Positions 37,944 through 49,092 are shown, counted from the first letter of the stretch. The stretch: 64,000 nt of DNA from an uncultured Gammaproteobacteria bacterium (GCA_963722775.1 CAVROF010000021.1:6668-70667), one strand, 5' to 3'. Numbers and translations are program-made. The notes: a model not told the origin generated them from the sequence alone.

Positions 37944-39458
37944 ATGAGTTTTCCGGTTTTCGATATCCCTGCAAAGCGTGCCGATCTCGATCCACACGGG
38001 GTTGCCCTGGAGGACCTGGTCAGCGGAGAGTGCGTGACCTACCGGGACCTCGATGAGCGAACCGGCCGATCTGCCACCCTGTTGGCTGAACTCGGAGCCG
38101 GAGCAGGCGATCGAATTGCTCTCCTGTGCCGCAACCGAATCGAATTCTTCGAACTCCTGTTCGCGTGCGCACGCCTCGGCGCGATACTCGTACCGCTGAA
38201 CTGGCGCATGCCGGCCAATGAACTGGCACCGCTGATCACCGACTGCGGGGCCAAGTGGCTGATCCACGGGGCCGAAGACACGGAAACCGTTGCAGGCTTT
38301 TCCGACGCGTCGCTCGTCCGTCTGAACCTGGACGATGACTCCGCCGACGGTTACCGCGCGCGGCGGGATGCGAGCGAAATCCTGGCGGGGCGGATGGCCT
38401 GGCCATCGGACGAGCCCTGGTACCTGTTGTATACGTCCGGGACCACCGGCATGCCGAAGGCCGTCATCCAGACGTACGGCACGGCAATGGCCAACTACAT
38501 CAACATCTCGCAGGCAATGGGCCTGCGCGGCGACGACACGAGCTTGAATTTCCTGCCCCTGTTCCATACCGGTGGCATTAACATCACCACCCTGCCCGGC
38601 CTGATCATGGGAGCCCGCGCGTTGGTCATGCCAGGGTTCGACCTGGAACGAATGATCGACCTCGTCGAGGCCGGCCGGCTGGATACGTTTTTTGGCGTAC
38701 CGGCAATTTATCAGGCGATCAGCCTGCATGAGCGGTTCGATGAGCTCGACCTGTCCCGGGTTCGCTGCTGGGCCTGCGGTGGCGCACCGATGCCCGACAC
38801 CATGTTCAAACAGTTCGCCGCACGCGGGGCCACGGTGCTCAACGGCATGGGCATGACCGAAACCGGACCGACCTTGTTCCTGATGGACCCTGATAACGCT
38901 GCGAATAAAATCGGGTCGGTCGGCAAACCCCAACTGCTTTCGTTGGCGCGGCTGGTCGGCGCCGATGGCAAGGACGTGCCACGCGGAGAAACCGGCGAAC
39001 TGTGGTTCGCAGGTCTTGGCATGACGCCGGGTTACTTCAATCGTCCCGAAGAAACGGCCAAAGCACTGGTTGACGGCACCTGGCTGCGCAGCGGCGACCT
39101 TGGACGTCAGGATGAGGACGGCTACTACTACATCGTCGGGCGACTAAAGGACATGTACATTTCCGGTGGCGAGAACGTGTACGCCGCGGAAATCGAAAAC
39201 TGCCTGCATGAGCACCCGGCCATTCTGGAGGCCGCCGTCGTCGGTGTGCCCGACGAAAAATGGGGCGAAGTTGGCTGCGCCTACCTGCTGCCCCGCCCCG
39301 GGAACCCGTTGCCGGATGACGGCGACCTCATCGCATACTGCCGGCAGCATCTCGCGCCCTACAAGGTGCCGAGACACTTCATCCGCGTAGACGATTTCCC
39401 GCGGACCGCGGCCGGCAAGATTCAGAAACACCTGCTGGCCAGGCCGCCTGGCGACTGA
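37944..39458 (+). CDS. AMP-dependent acyl-CoA synthetase/ligase
   Basis: AMP-binding motif LLYTSGTTGMPKAV, GYFNRPEETAK, SGDLGRQDEDGYYYIVGRLKD and a terminal PRTAAGKIQK. Start at ATG 37944. Confidence 0.9.
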   Translation: MSFPVFDIPAKRADLDPHGVALEDLVSGECVTYRDLDERTGRSATLLAELGAGAGDRIALLCRNRIEFFELLFACARLGAILVPLNWRMPANELAPLITDCGAKWLIHGAEDTETVAGFSDASLVRLNLDDDSADGYRARRDASEILAGRMAWPSDEPWYLLYTSGTTGMPKAVIQTYGTAMANYINISQAMGLRGDDTSLNFLPLFHTGGINITTLPGLIMGARALVMPGFDLERMIDLVEAGRLDTFFGVPAIYQAISLHERFDELDLSRVRCWACGGAPMPDTMFKQFAARGATVLNGMGMTETGPTLFLMDPDNAANKIGSVGKPQLLSLARLVGADGKDVPRGETGELWFAGLGMTPGYFNRPEETAKALVDGTWLRSGDLGRQDEDGYYYIVGRLKDMYISGGENVYAAEIENCLHEHPAILEAAVVGVPDEKWGEVGCAYLLPRPGNPLPDDGDLIAYCRQHLAPYKVPRHFIRVDDFPRTAAGKIQKHLLARPPGD

Positions 39459-39463
39459 GACCG

Positions 39464-39838
39464 GTGTCACTTTCCGAGGCCACTCTCGTGCGTAGCTTCA
39501 GCCAGGCAGATTTCGACCGATTTGCCCGCCTGAGCGGAGACGACAACCCGATTCATACGGATCCGGAGTTTTCCGCGCGGACACACTTCGGCCGGACCGT
39601 CGCCCATGGTTTGTTGCTATGCAGCGTGCTGCGCAGTCTCGTCGACCAGTTGTTACCCGGTGGCAACATCCAGGAACAGTCGGTCATGTTCCCGGCGCCC
39701 ACCTTCACCGATGAACCCATGCGCTTCAGTGCCGAAATTACGCAGGCCGAAGGTGCCCTTACAGAACTGAGCTTCGAGGTAAGGCGCGTGAGTGACGGCG
39801 AAGTTACCTGCCAGGGCAATTGCGGGGTAGCGCCGTGA
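39464..39838 (+). CDS. MaoC-like (R)-specific enoyl-CoA hydratase, hotdog fold
   Basis: FARLSGDDNPIHTDPEFSARTHFGRTVAHG is the MaoC dehydratase signature. Confidence 0.8.
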   Translation: MSLSEATLVRSFSQADFDRFARLSGDDNPIHTDPEFSARTHFGRTVAHGLLLCSVLRSLVDQLLPGGNIQEQSVMFPAPTFTDEPMRFSAEITQAEGALTELSFEVRRVSDGEVTCQGNCGVAP

Positions 39839-40212
39839 AGCTGGGCGACTCCGCCGAAGTGACGCGTAGCGTTTGCCCGCGTGACCTGAGTGACTACACA
39901 GCTTTGAGCCATCACGTTGTTTCCGGAGACCTTGTTCCCGAGCCACTGATCGGAGCGCTGTTCTCCTATTTGCTGGGCGTTCGGCTTCCCGGAAACGGCG
40001 CCAACTACCTCAAGCAGGAAACACGATTCCACGGGGCAGCCCGTGTGGGCGACGCATTAACGGCCAGGGTCGAAATAACGCGAATCCGGCCGGAAAAACA
40101 CCTCGTGGATCTGTCGACGACGTGTACGGACTCCACTGGACAACTGATCGCCAGCGGACGGGCGCTTGTTTCCGTGCGCGACGTTACGACCAGGCCGAAT
40201 ACAAATGACTGA
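39835..40212 (+). CDS. second hotdog-fold MaoC-like subunit
   Basis: GTG 39835 overlaps the upstream TGA. It is about 125 aa with a hotdog-like pattern (GDALTARVEITRIRPEKHLVDLSTTCTDSTGQLIASG) but lacks the canonical hydratase motif. Confidence 0.65.
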   Translation: MKLGDSAEVTRSVCPRDLSDYTALSHHVVSGDLVPEPLIGALFSYLLGVRLPGNGANYLKQETRFHGAARVGDALTARVEITRIRPEKHLVDLSTTCTDSTGQLIASGRALVSVRDVTTRPNTND

Positions 40213-40221
40213 GGACAGCCA

Positions 40222-40983
40222 ATGAAAATTAAACGTTCCATTATCGCCATTACCGGCGCAGCTGGCGGCCTGGGCGCTGCCATGGCAAATCGCCTGGCCA
40301 ACGAGGGGGCGCGCCTCGCCCTGATCGACTTCAATCCGGACACGCTCGACAAATTCAGTAAGAGCCTGAGTCTGCACAGTGACGATGTCCTGGTCATACC
40401 GTGCGATGTCAGCGACGAATCGCAGGTCGACAAGGCGTTCGAAGCCATTACCGAACATTTCGGCGGCCTGGACTTGCTAATCAACAACGCGGGTATCACG
40501 CGTGACGCACTGATGTTGAAGTTCAAAGATGGCCAGCGTCAATCGAGAATGTCACTGGCCGACTGGAACGCGGTCATTAACGTCAACCTGACCGGTGTTT
40601 TCCTGTGCGCACGAGCCGCCGCTGAGCAGATGATCAGCGCCGGTAACGGCGGACTGATCATCAACATTTCCAGTATTTCCAGGGGCGGCAATATGGGCCA
40701 GAGCAACTACTCGGCAGCCAAGGCCGGCGTTGCAGCAATGACAGTAACCTGGGCCAAGGAATTCGCCCGCTACGGCATCCGGGTGAACACCATCTCGCCG
40801 GGCTTTATCGGAACGGAGATGGTGCGATCGATGAAACCGGAGGCGCTGGCCAAGTTACAGGCCATGATTCCTGCCGGCCGCATCGGTGAGCCTGATGAAA
40901 TAGCACACACCGTCCAGTACCTGATGGAAAACGACTTCGTCAACGGCCGAAATATCGAGGTCGACGGCGGCATGAGGCTCTAA
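40222..40983 (+). CDS. SDR-family 3-oxoacyl reductase (FabG-like)
   Basis: ITGAAGGLGAA (TGxxxGxG), NNAGI and YSAAKAG (YxxxK). Confidence 0.9.
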   Translation: MKIKRSIIAITGAAGGLGAAMANRLANEGARLALIDFNPDTLDKFSKSLSLHSDDVLVIPCDVSDESQVDKAFEAITEHFGGLDLLINNAGITRDALMLKFKDGQRQSRMSLADWNAVINVNLTGVFLCARAAAEQMISAGNGGLIINISSISRGGNMGQSNYSAAKAGVAAMTVTWAKEFARYGIRVNTISPGFIGTEMVRSMKPEALAKLQAMIPAGRIGEPDEIAHTVQYLMENDFVNGRNIEVDGGMRL

Positions 40984-41151
40984 TTACTGAAACTTGAGAA
41001 TACGGCTGCTAATTTTGTCTTTGCGATCGCCGAGAGCAAGTAATTGACTGGCGGCTTCAAGTCAATGACACCGAATGGTCAGCCCGACAATGTTCGATAT
41101 CACCGCAACAGCGAATCGTGTCCCAAATCGTAAGCGCGCCAGTCAGAAACC

Positions 41152-43449
41152 CTAACCGGCCATCGCCTTGTGAAGCTGATCTCCGATCGGCAGCTTGCGA
41201 ATACGCACGCCGCTCGCAGCGTAAATTGCGTTCGTCAGTGCGGGCGCCACGGGCGGGATGCCGATCTCGCCGACGCCGGTCGGTGTCTCATCGTAATTGA
41301 GAACGTGCGCTTCGAAGTCTGCCGGGATCTGCGCGATGCGTGCGAGCGGGTAGTCGTGGAAGTTGCTCTGCTGCACGCGGCCGTTGCGTACGGTTATCTC
41401 TTGTCCCATCGCAACGCTGATGCCGTCGATGGTCGCTCCCTGCAGCTGCGCTTCAACAGCGTTCGGGTGTACGGCATAACCGCAGTCGATGGCCGCGACA
41501 ATACGATTAATGCTGAGCTCGCCACTCCCGTCAACCGTGACTTCGAACGCGTGCGCAGCATAGCCGCCAAATGTGAAATGCCCGGCAATGCCGACGCCGG
41601 TCCCGGCTGGCCTGGCCTCGCCGTAAGCGATTCGCCTGGCAATGAACTTCAGCAACCGGCTCACGCGTCCCGGGTTAAAGGTCGGCCCACCGTGGCCGTC
41701 GTACTCCAGCTCACGCGCCTCGCCCAGCAGGTCGAGGCGCAGCTGCAGCGGATCCTGCCCGGTCTCTATCGCGAGTTCGTCGATGAAGCTCTGGATCACG
41801 AATGCGTTCGCCGTGTGCGCCGGTGCCCGCCAGGAACCGCGCGGCAAGCCTATCGCATTGTGGAAGTACTCGAGCCGAAAGTTGTCGATTATGCGGCGCG
41901 GGAAATCGTCGGGATACAACTCCGCCTGCCACAGATTCTCTGTCGGCATGTTCGGTCGCCGGTAGTACTTGCTGCCGCTCGCGAGTCGCTGTGTCCAGGC
42001 AGTAACGGTACCGTCGCCGTCGACGCCCGCGCGCATCTCGTGCAGGCCGCCGGGTCGATAGAAGTCGTTCTTCACGTCGTCCTCGCGGGACCACACGAGT
42101 TGGATCGGCCATCCGCTTTGCTTCGAGATCATCGCGGCCTCGGCGACGTAGTCGTTCGTCAGGCGCCGGCCGAAAGCACCACCAACCCGAGTCATGTCGA
42201 TACGAATGTTTTCGCGCGGCAGGCCCGTGGCGGCCGCGGCAGCGCGCGAGGCACCAGCGGGCATCTGCGTGGGTGCGATGATGTGGCAACTGTCCTCCTT
42301 GACGTGCGCGAAACAGTTTTGTGGCTCCATCGGCTGGTGCGAGACGAACGGCACCTCGTAGCGGTGCGTGACGACCTTGCTGGCACCCGCCATCGCCGCA
42401 TCGAAGTCGCCGTCGTCGAGAACGATCTGTCCGGTGGTCTCGAGCATCGCCGCGTTTTCCTGCCAGAAGCGTTCGCTGCTGTCCTCGGCATTCGGGCCAG
42501 GCTCCCACTCGATCTCGAGCGCGTCACGCCCTTTCATCGCGGCCCATGTCGAGGTCGCGACGACGGCAACGCCGCTCGCAAGAATGAGGTATGGCTCGCC
42601 AGGTTCCGGGCCCTCGATCGTAAACACGTCGAGCACGCCGTTAACTTTGCGCGCCGCTGCATCATCGAAGGACTTCACGCGCCCGTTCAGGATCGGCGAT
42701 CGTGCGATTACGGCATAACGCATTCCTTCGACCTGCGTGTCGAGACCGAATTTCGACCGGCCCGTCACCATGTCGTGCGCATCGATCGTGTCGCGGTGGG
42801 TGCCGATGACCCGGTAATCGCGCATCGCCTTCAGCGGCGGCGCTTCCGCGGGCATATCAAGCTTCGCCGCATCCTCAATGAGGTCGGCGTAGGCAATCTC
42901 GCCGCCGGCCGCATCGCACAGGACGTAGCCGGGCCGGGTGTGGCAGGCTTCGGGCGACACGCCGAGCCGCGCGGCCGCGGCGCGAATAAGCTGCTGTCTC
43001 GCTGTTGCGCCGACCTCACGCATGAACTGCCAGTTCGAAGTAAGACCGGTGCTACCGCCAACACCCTGGCCACCGTATTTCCAGGCATAGCCGTCGGCCG
43101 TCTTCAGGATGCCGAGCGGCATCTGCTTTATCGAAACGTCCGACCACGCGACGTCGAGCTCCTCGGCCACCATCATGGGCAGCGCGGTGCGCAGGCCCTG
43201 ACCGATCTCGGGCTGATTGCTGCCGATGATGACCTTGCCCTTGGGTGTGATCTCGACAAAATAGCCAATCTGGCGCTCACCCAATGTGCCATCAGCCAGT
43301 TCGGCGCGCGCCATGTTCACGATGGGCAGCCCGAGCACGAAGCTCCCGGTCACGGCCGAGCCGGCGACGAGGAAATGGGGCGCTGATCGTTGATTTAGCC
43401 ACGGCGACTCTCTCGGAAAATGGCGGCGACTGATCGTTGATTTAGCCAC
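41152..43449 (-). CDS. molybdopterin-binding oxidoreductase large subunit (IorB / aldehyde-oxidase-family beta subunit)
   Basis: Start set at GTG 43449 ([11 protein letters not shown]..., a Tat-like RR motif), overlapping the small-subunit stop by 8 nt. The body is collinear with 46764..49017. The track ORF extension to 43695 is not supported. Confidence 0.85.
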   Translation of the reverse strand: MAKSTISRRHFPRESPWLNQRSAPHFLVAGSAVTGSFVLGLPIVNMARAELADGTLGERQIGYFVEITPKGKVIIGSNQPEIGQGLRTALPMMVAEELDVAWSDVSIKQMPLGILKTADGYAWKYGGQGVGGSTGLTSNWQFMREVGATARQQLIRAAAARLGVSPEACHTRPGYVLCDAAGGEIAYADLIEDAAKLDMPAEAPPLKAMRDYRVIGTHRDTIDAHDMVTGRSKFGLDTQVEGMRYAVIARSPILNGRVKSFDDAAARKVNGVLDVFTIEGPEPGEPYLILASGVAVVATSTWAAMKGRDALEIEWEPGPNAEDSSERFWQENAAMLETTGQIVLDDGDFDAAMAGASKVVTHRYEVPFVSHQPMEPQNCFAHVKEDSCHIIAPTQMPAGASRAAAAATGLPRENIRIDMTRVGGAFGRRLTNDYVAEAAMISKQSGWPIQLVWSREDDVKNDFYRPGGLHEMRAGVDGDGTVTAWTQRLASGSKYYRRPNMPTENLWQAELYPDDFPRRIIDNFRLEYFHNAIGLPRGSWRAPAHTANAFVIQSFIDELAIETGQDPLQLRLDLLGEARELEYDGHGGPTFNPGRVSRLLKFIARRIAYGEARPAGTGVGIAGHFTFGGYAAHAFEVTVDGSGELSINRIVAAIDCGYAVHPNAVEAQLQGATIDGISVAMGQEITVRNGRVQQSNFHDYPLARIAQIPADFEAHVLNYDETPTGVGEIGIPPVAPALTNAIYAASGVRIRKLPIGDQLHKAMAG

Positions 43450-43461
43450 GGCGACTCTCCT
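43371..43461. repeat. about 1.9 copies of a 47-bp tandem duplication spanning the iorA-stop / iorB-start junction
   Basis: The exact 30-mer CTGATCGTTGATTTAGCCACGGCGACTCTC occurs at 43383-43412 and 43430-43459. The flanks GGAAATGGGGCG and GGAAAATGGCGGCGA are related. Confidence 0.85.
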
Positions 43462-43921
43462 TTCGCGCGATCCTGGCGGCGCGATGTATGGCCTTGCGAA
43501 TACGCACGTAGGTGCCGCAGCGGCACAGCATGCTGGACAGGTTGGCGTCGATATCTGCGTCGCTGGGCTCTGGATGCTTCTCGAGGAAATCGACCGCAGC
43601 CATGATCTGCCCCGACTGGCAGTAGCCGCACTGGGCAACGTCCAGCTCGATCCAGGCTTGTTGCACGGCGTGCAGCTTGTCGTCGCCGGGCGCAAGGCCC
43701 TCGATCGTGGTTACCGAACGCCCCTCGAGCGACGCGACCGGTACCCGGCAGGACGCCGCGGCGTTGCCGTCCAGGTGCACGACACAGGCGCCGCACAGGC
43801 CGAGGCCACAGCTGTACTTGGTTCCGGTGAGTCGTAAGTGGTCGCGAAGGACCCAGAGGAGCGGTGTGTCGTCGTCGCCATCGAAGGTCACCAGCTGGTG
43901 ATTGACCGTGAAAGAGATCAT
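43442..43921 (-). CDS. (2Fe-2S)-binding small subunit (IorA-like)
   Basis: 159 aa starting MISFTVNHQ. Motifs [16 protein letters not shown] and [10 protein letters not shown]...CRCGTY are present. Confidence 0.9.
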   Translation of the reverse strand: MISFTVNHQLVTFDGDDDTPLLWVLRDHLRLTGTKYSCGLGLCGACVVHLDGNAAASCRVPVASLEGRSVTTIEGLAPGDDKLHAVQQAWIELDVAQCGYCQSGQIMAAVDFLEKHPEPSDADIDANLSSMLCRCGTYVRIRKAIHRAARIARKESRRG

Positions 43922-44012
43922 CTCGGGGCTCCCGCAGCTATACAGCCAGTTAGATGCACAACAGAGCCAAATAGTCGCAGAGTCGGGCGCAGTTTGCATC
44001 ACACACGGCTTC

Positions 44013-44366
44013 TCAGCCCCAGCCCAACTCCTCCACATGATCGTCATCCATGCCGAAGTAATGTGCGATCTCGTGGACCAGCGTGCGATGAATTTCCTCG
44101 CGTAGCGCATCCGGCTGGAGCCCAAGCTCCAGGTGAGAAAGGCGAAAAATGTAGATGATGTCGGGCAGCTCACCTGCGTGATTGGCGTCGCGCTCGGGTA
44201 GCGGTACGCCGGTGTACAGCCCAAGCAGTCCTTCGCCGTCCGGGTCGAGATGATCATCGGCTTTGTCGAGTACGAGAATCTCGACGTTGTGCATCGCTTC
44301 CTGAACCCAGTGCGGCAGCTCGGCGACGGTTTCCCGGACCACCTCTTCGAAGTCGACGTGTTGCAT
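44013..44366 (-). CDS. small zinc metallopeptidase-like protein (MMP-like minimal family)
   Basis: Start at [27 protein letters not shown] contains HExxH. Confidence 0.75.
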   Translation of the reverse strand: MQHVDFEEVVRETVAELPHWVQEAMHNVEILVLDKADDHLDPDGEGLLGLYTGVPLPERDANHAGELPDIIYIFRLSHLELGLQPDALREEIHRTLVHEIAHYFGMDDDHVEELGWG

Positions 44367-44418
44367 CGGCTGATTATAGCGGTGCGGGTCGGGGCCGTGA
44401 CACGATGACACCCTTGAT

Positions 44419-45351
44419 CTAATTCTCAATCGTCTCCGATGTTTCTGTTTGCGGTCGATACACCTCTGTCATTTCGACAATCATGATGTCAGTGCCACCT
44501 GACTGCGATGCGGACAGCAGCACTTCGAAATCACGCTCCTCCCCGCAGCTTCGGACTGTCCATCGCTCCGCGCTCAATTGGTACTCCGCCACTTCGAGCT
44601 TTGCCTTGTCCTGCGCGTCGCCGGGCAACCTCGACAGTAACTGACTGTCATCCACATCCATTGTGCTGGCGGACAGAACTTCCCGTTCACACGTCCAGCG
44701 GCGTGTGGAATCGAATTTCCAGATGCTCAACTGAATGTCACGCTGCAACTCGGCATCTGCAAGACTGCCGGGAACGTCGGTTCGCGGTGCCGGCAAATCG
44801 CGCCAGCCCGAGATCACCATGGCCTGCCTGCTCTCGGGGGTATATGACTTGAACGAGCTCGGGAAATTGGCCAGGAAGTGATCGACGCTTGGCTGATCAA
44901 ACACCAGTTCGACCGTTTGGCTGCCGACGAGCTTCGTGCGCTTTTCGTCCGCATACGCGCGGATCTCGACGACAATGGCCTGATCGACAATAACGCCCAG
45001 CTTGTCAGAGTAAAACCAGTAGCCTCCTCTTAGCGGGATTTTCGGGCTGCTAACAATATTTGATTTTGATGCTTTGTCTTTCTTATTAGCCGGAAACGCC
45101 CACGACGCTTCAAACCAAACCGGATACGGAGACTCATTAGTAGGCTGTACAAAATAGCGTGTTGGATATTTCAGTTTGCCGAACGGCAACGGCGCCGGCG
45201 CCTCGGGATTGGGCATTACGCCTGCACGAACCGACACGATGCCCCCTTCGACGTTAAACGCTTTTTGCGGCAGGTTCGCCTCGCCAAGGGCAGACTGTGC
45301 TGACAGTAAGACCAGCAGTAAAAGGGCATACGCCCAGGCTCTTTGATTCAT
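44419..45351 (-). CDS. hypothetical secreted protein
   Basis: 310 aa with signal [16 protein letters not shown]. No family recognised. Confidence 0.6.
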   Translation of the reverse strand: MNQRAWAYALLLLVLLSAQSALGEANLPQKAFNVEGGIVSVRAGVMPNPEAPAPLPFGKLKYPTRYFVQPTNESPYPVWFEASWAFPANKKDKASKSNIVSSPKIPLRGGYWFYSDKLGVIVDQAIVVEIRAYADEKRTKLVGSQTVELVFDQPSVDHFLANFPSSFKSYTPESRQAMVISGWRDLPAPRTDVPGSLADAELQRDIQLSIWKFDSTRRWTCEREVLSASTMDVDDSQLLSRLPGDAQDKAKLEVAEYQLSAERWTVRSCGEERDFEVLLSASQSGGTDIMIVEMTEVYRPQTETSETIEN

Positions 45352-45381
45352 TTTCGGAGACTCTTAAGGTTCGGCAGCAAT

Positions 45382-46053
45382 CTATTGCGCGGTCGTCAAC
45401 TTTACGGTAGAAACAACACGCTCGAACCAGGGTAGATTTTGCTCGAAATACCGTACGTCAGTTAACAACACAAAGTCGTAGGTAATGTCGTCCGACGACG
45501 CTGTATAGACCAGCATTTGTCGATCCTCGTCTCCGGGAATCTTGAACCTCATCGAGACCCTAAGTCCCTTGCATCCTGCGAAGTCGATCTTCGTAACGTC
45601 CGGTTGGCCCACGACTTTTGAGCCCTTTCCGAGTGCCCGCGAATTCGCGATGATCTTGAGCTTGGTTTTTTGTGCCTTGTCGCTGAAACCGGTGCAGACC
45701 ATACCGCTGCCCGCCTTGTATCGATCCATGAAAAAAGCGGGTGCTGCACCGCTCATCAAATCGTCGGCCAGTGCCATCATTTGTCGCGTTTGTTCTTCAC
45801 GAACCGCAGGATCTTCATCCAGCTGCATGACCAGGGGTTGCGAATAGAAAGCTACCACACCGGTCTCTCTGTACGGCGTCTGGTCGACGACATACCAACC
45901 ATCCGGAATGTGCAAAGTAAACTGATCACGGTTGCCGTCGTAAGGCTTCAGCGTATCGCTTTCGTTTCGAATTGGATCGGTCTGGGCAAAAATGACTGAC
46001 GTAAATAGGACTACGCTGGTTAGCGCAAGTCGAAAACCTCGAGTGCGGTTCAT
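45382..46053 (-). CDS. hypothetical secreted protein
   Basis: Start at MNRTRGFRLALTSVVLFTSVIFAQ. The longer track ORF (to 46743) runs antisense through the 2Fe-2S gene and is not supported. Confidence 0.6.
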   Translation of the reverse strand: MNRTRGFRLALTSVVLFTSVIFAQTDPIRNESDTLKPYDGNRDQFTLHIPDGWYVVDQTPYRETGVVAFYSQPLVMQLDEDPAVREEQTRQMMALADDLMSGAAPAFFMDRYKAGSGMVCTGFSDKAQKTKLKIIANSRALGKGSKVVGQPDVTKIDFAGCKGLRVSMRFKIPGDEDRQMLVYTASSDDITYDFVLLTDVRYFEQNLPWFERVVSTVKLTTAQ

Positions 46054-46309
46054 TGTCGTTCCTGGCCCGGGCAGACTGGGTGAATTCCCGGGCCCTTGAG
46101 TCTGTTGTCGCGCGAGTATATGCCGATGGTATGTAGGCGCAACAACTATAAATGGCTGAAAATCATGGGCTTGTGGTGGTCGCCAAGGGGGGCAATCGGC
46201 GCAGCCGATTAGACGGCGAGCGAAGGGTGAGCGCCGCGAAAAAACTCGACCCATAGGGACATTCGACTGCGCTATTATCCAGAGTCCACCAAAACTGCAG
46301 GATGTCGCA

Positions 46310-46767
46310 ATGGCTATCGATTTCGAACTTAACGGCGAGAGTGTGAGTCTGGATGTGGATCCTGCCATGCCTCTCTTGTGGGCAATCCGTGATATCGCCG
46401 GATTGACCGGCACCAAGTACGGTTGCGGAAAAGCGCTTTGTGGAACCTGTACGTCCACATCAATGGACAGCCGGTGCGGTCCTGCGTGCTTCCGGCATCG
46501 GCGGCCGCAGGCGCCAAAGTTACGACGATCGAAGGTTTGACCAAAGACGGCAACCACCCGGTCCAGGTTGCGTGGCGGGAACTGAACGTCGCTCAATGTG
46601 GCTACTGCCAGCCTGGCCAGATAATGAGTGCGGTTGGGCTCCTTGAGCGCATCCCGAATCCCACGGACGCCGATATCGACGAGGCAATGAGCGGCAACAT
46701 CTGTCGGTGCGGTACCTACACGAGAATTCGCAAGGCGATACACCGTGCTGCGGGGGACAAGTCATGA
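46310..46767 (+). CDS. (2Fe-2S)-binding small subunit, apparent 1-nt deletion near 46450-46455
   Basis: ORF 1 gives ...[15 protein letters not shown] and ORF 2 gives [11 protein letters not shown]...[10 protein letters not shown]...CRCGTY. Together they are collinear with 43442..43921. Confidence 0.8.
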
Positions 46768-49017
46768 GCGAACTTCGAAAAATCAGTCGCAGAGAATTCA
46801 TGAAGCGTACGGGCCAGGCCGGTGGAGGCCTCGTATTCGCACTGACATTTGCCAGTGCCTGCCAGCCGGACGAAGTCGCTGTCGGTCCGGCGGCGAAGGC
46901 AAGCGCGTCGGTGGCGCCCAACGTCTACGTCAATATTCGCAACGATGGCATCGTCGAGATCTATTGCCACCGTTCCGAGATGGGGCAAGGCATTCGCACC
47001 TCACTGCCGCAGGTCATTGCTGACGAGCTGGAGGCCGACTGGGACAAGGTCGAGGTCATCCAGGCTATCGGACACGAGAAATACGGGGACCAGAACACCG
47101 ATGGTTCTACGAGCATTCGTAATCACTTCGATTTGCTGAGAAACGCCGGCGCGACCGGGCGCGACATGATGATCGCGGCCGCCGCAAAGATGTGGGCCGT
47201 TCCGGCAGACGAATGTGTGGCACGCGAGCACGCCGTGCACCACGAAGGTAGCGGCAAGTCGGCCGGCTATGGCGAACTCGTCGAGACGGCCAATGGCATG
47301 CCGCAACCGGAAAGCGCCGAGTTTAAGGCTCGAGAGGACTACCGCTACATCGGCAAGCCGATGGATACGATTGACGGGCTGGATTTCACCACGGGTCGCG
47401 CCATGTACGGTACCGACACCGTGTTGCCGAACATGCTGTACGCGTCAATCGAGCGCTGCCCGGCGTTCGGTGGAACCGTGACATCGTTTGACGATGCGGC
47501 TGCACGAGCGGTTGCGGGTGTGGCGGACGTCATCAGGATGCCCGAGCCCACCTCGCCGCCACTCTTCAATATTCAGGGTGGTATCGCCGTACTGGCCAGC
47601 AACACCTGGTCTGCATCCGAAGGTCGCAAGGCGCTCAAGATCCAGTGGGACCGCGGCGTAAACGCGGGGCACGAGAGTAAGGCGTACAAGGAAGCCCTGG
47701 TTGCATCGGCGTCTGCGCCGGGTACGGTGGTTCTTGCCCGCGGCGACGCGGATGGCAAAACACACAGCCAGCATGAGGCGGTCTACTACACGCCGTATCT
47801 CGCGCAGGCGCCGATGGAGCCGCCTGCAGCGACGGCAATAGTCAACGAGGACGGTAGCTGCGAGGTCTGGGCTGCCACGCAGGACCCGCAGACGGCGCGT
47901 AACACTGTTGCCGCTACGCTGGGCATCGACAAAGAGCAGGTGACCATGAACGTCACGTTGCTCGGCGGTGGATTTGGCCGCAAGTCGAAACCTGACTTCA
48001 TTGCAGAGGCCGCCTGGCTTGCTCGTGAAACGGGTCGGCCGGTTATGGTTGCCTGGTCACGTGAAGACGATATCCGGCACGGCTATTTTCATTCCGTCGC
48101 CGCCCAGTATTTCCGTGCGGGTATGGACGAAGATGGCATGACTCAAAGTTGGTTGCAGCGCAGCAGCTTTCCGTCGATTGCCTCGACCTTCGCGCCAGGT
48201 GTGACCGGCCCGAGCGGTTTCGAGCTTGACCTTGGCTTGCTCGATGCGCCTTGGAACGTGCCCAATATGCGCATCGAAACCTGCGAGGCGAAAGCGCATC
48301 TTCGAATCGGCTGGTTACGGTCGGTGTGCAACGTATTTCACGCCTTCGGTGCCTGCAGCTTCGTCGATGAACTGGCGCACGCCAAAGGACAGGACCCGAA
48401 AGAGCATCTTGCTCGAGATGATCGGGCCGGCCCGCAAGATCGATCCGGCGAATGATGACGCGAAGTACACGAACTACGGCCATGACCTGGCCAAACACCC
48501 TGTCGATACCGGGCGCTTGAGCGCCGTTGCCCAGAAAGTCGCCGACATGGCGGAGTGGGGCCGCGACCTGCCTGAGGGTCACGGGCTGGGTATCGCCGTA
48601 CATCGCTCGTTCCTCTCTTACGTTGGCGCGGTTGCACAAGTCAGTGTGGACGAGCGTGGCAAGCTGATCGTGCACGAACTCTGGATCGCGATCGATGCCG
48701 GTACCGTCGTCAACCCGGACCGGGTTCACTCACAGCTGGAAGGTGCCGGGATCTTCGGCATGAGCCTCGCTTTGCACGGAGAACTCACGACAAGTAATGG
48801 TGGCGTGGTTGAAGGCAATTTCGATTCTTATCCGATGATACGAATGAGCGAGGCGCCAGCGGAAATTCATACCCATATCATGGAGTCTGATGCACCTCCG
48901 GGCGGCGTCGGCGAACCGGGCGTGCCACCGATCGCGCCGGCCATCGTCAACGCGTATTTCGCGGCGTCCGGCAAACGCGTGCGTGAATTGCCGCTCAGAA
49001 ACGCGGGCCTCACGTAA
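46764..49017 (+). CDS. molybdopterin-binding large subunit (IorB-like), apparent frameshift near 48396-48412
   Basis: An ATGA overlap joins it to the small subunit. The Tat signal is [26 protein letters not shown]. Two overlapping ORFs join at ...[10 protein letters not shown] / [13 protein letters not shown]. Confidence 0.85.
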
Positions 49018-49092
49018 GGGCGTAAAACCCGGCCGCATTCGACGGGCTCCTTGTCCGAGTGATACCCTTCCACGACGGAAGGAGATCCTGTT

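Noticed and set aside
41170-43386. 738-aa ORF antisense to the iorB-like gene. Similar long shadow ORFs occur at 48730..50115 (sppA), 26838..28121 (GH16), 37812..38933 (acyl-CoA ligase), 35184..36116 (KAS III) and 63258..63965 (RND adaptor).
   Set aside because: In G+C-rich genes the reverse complements of stop codons (TTA, CTA, TCA) are rare codons, so the antisense frame stays open by composition alone. The translations are Arg/Pro/Gly-rich and low in complexity, with no recognisable motifs. The sense-strand genes have clear family signatures.
43922-44257. Upstream extension of the 2Fe-2S subunit ORF (the track gives 271 aa). Likewise 46054..46743 for the 45382 ORF and 43450..43695 for iorB.
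   Set aside because: Family-typical N-termini begin at the internal starts ([27 protein letters not shown]). The extensions overlap other well-supported genes on the same or the opposite strand.
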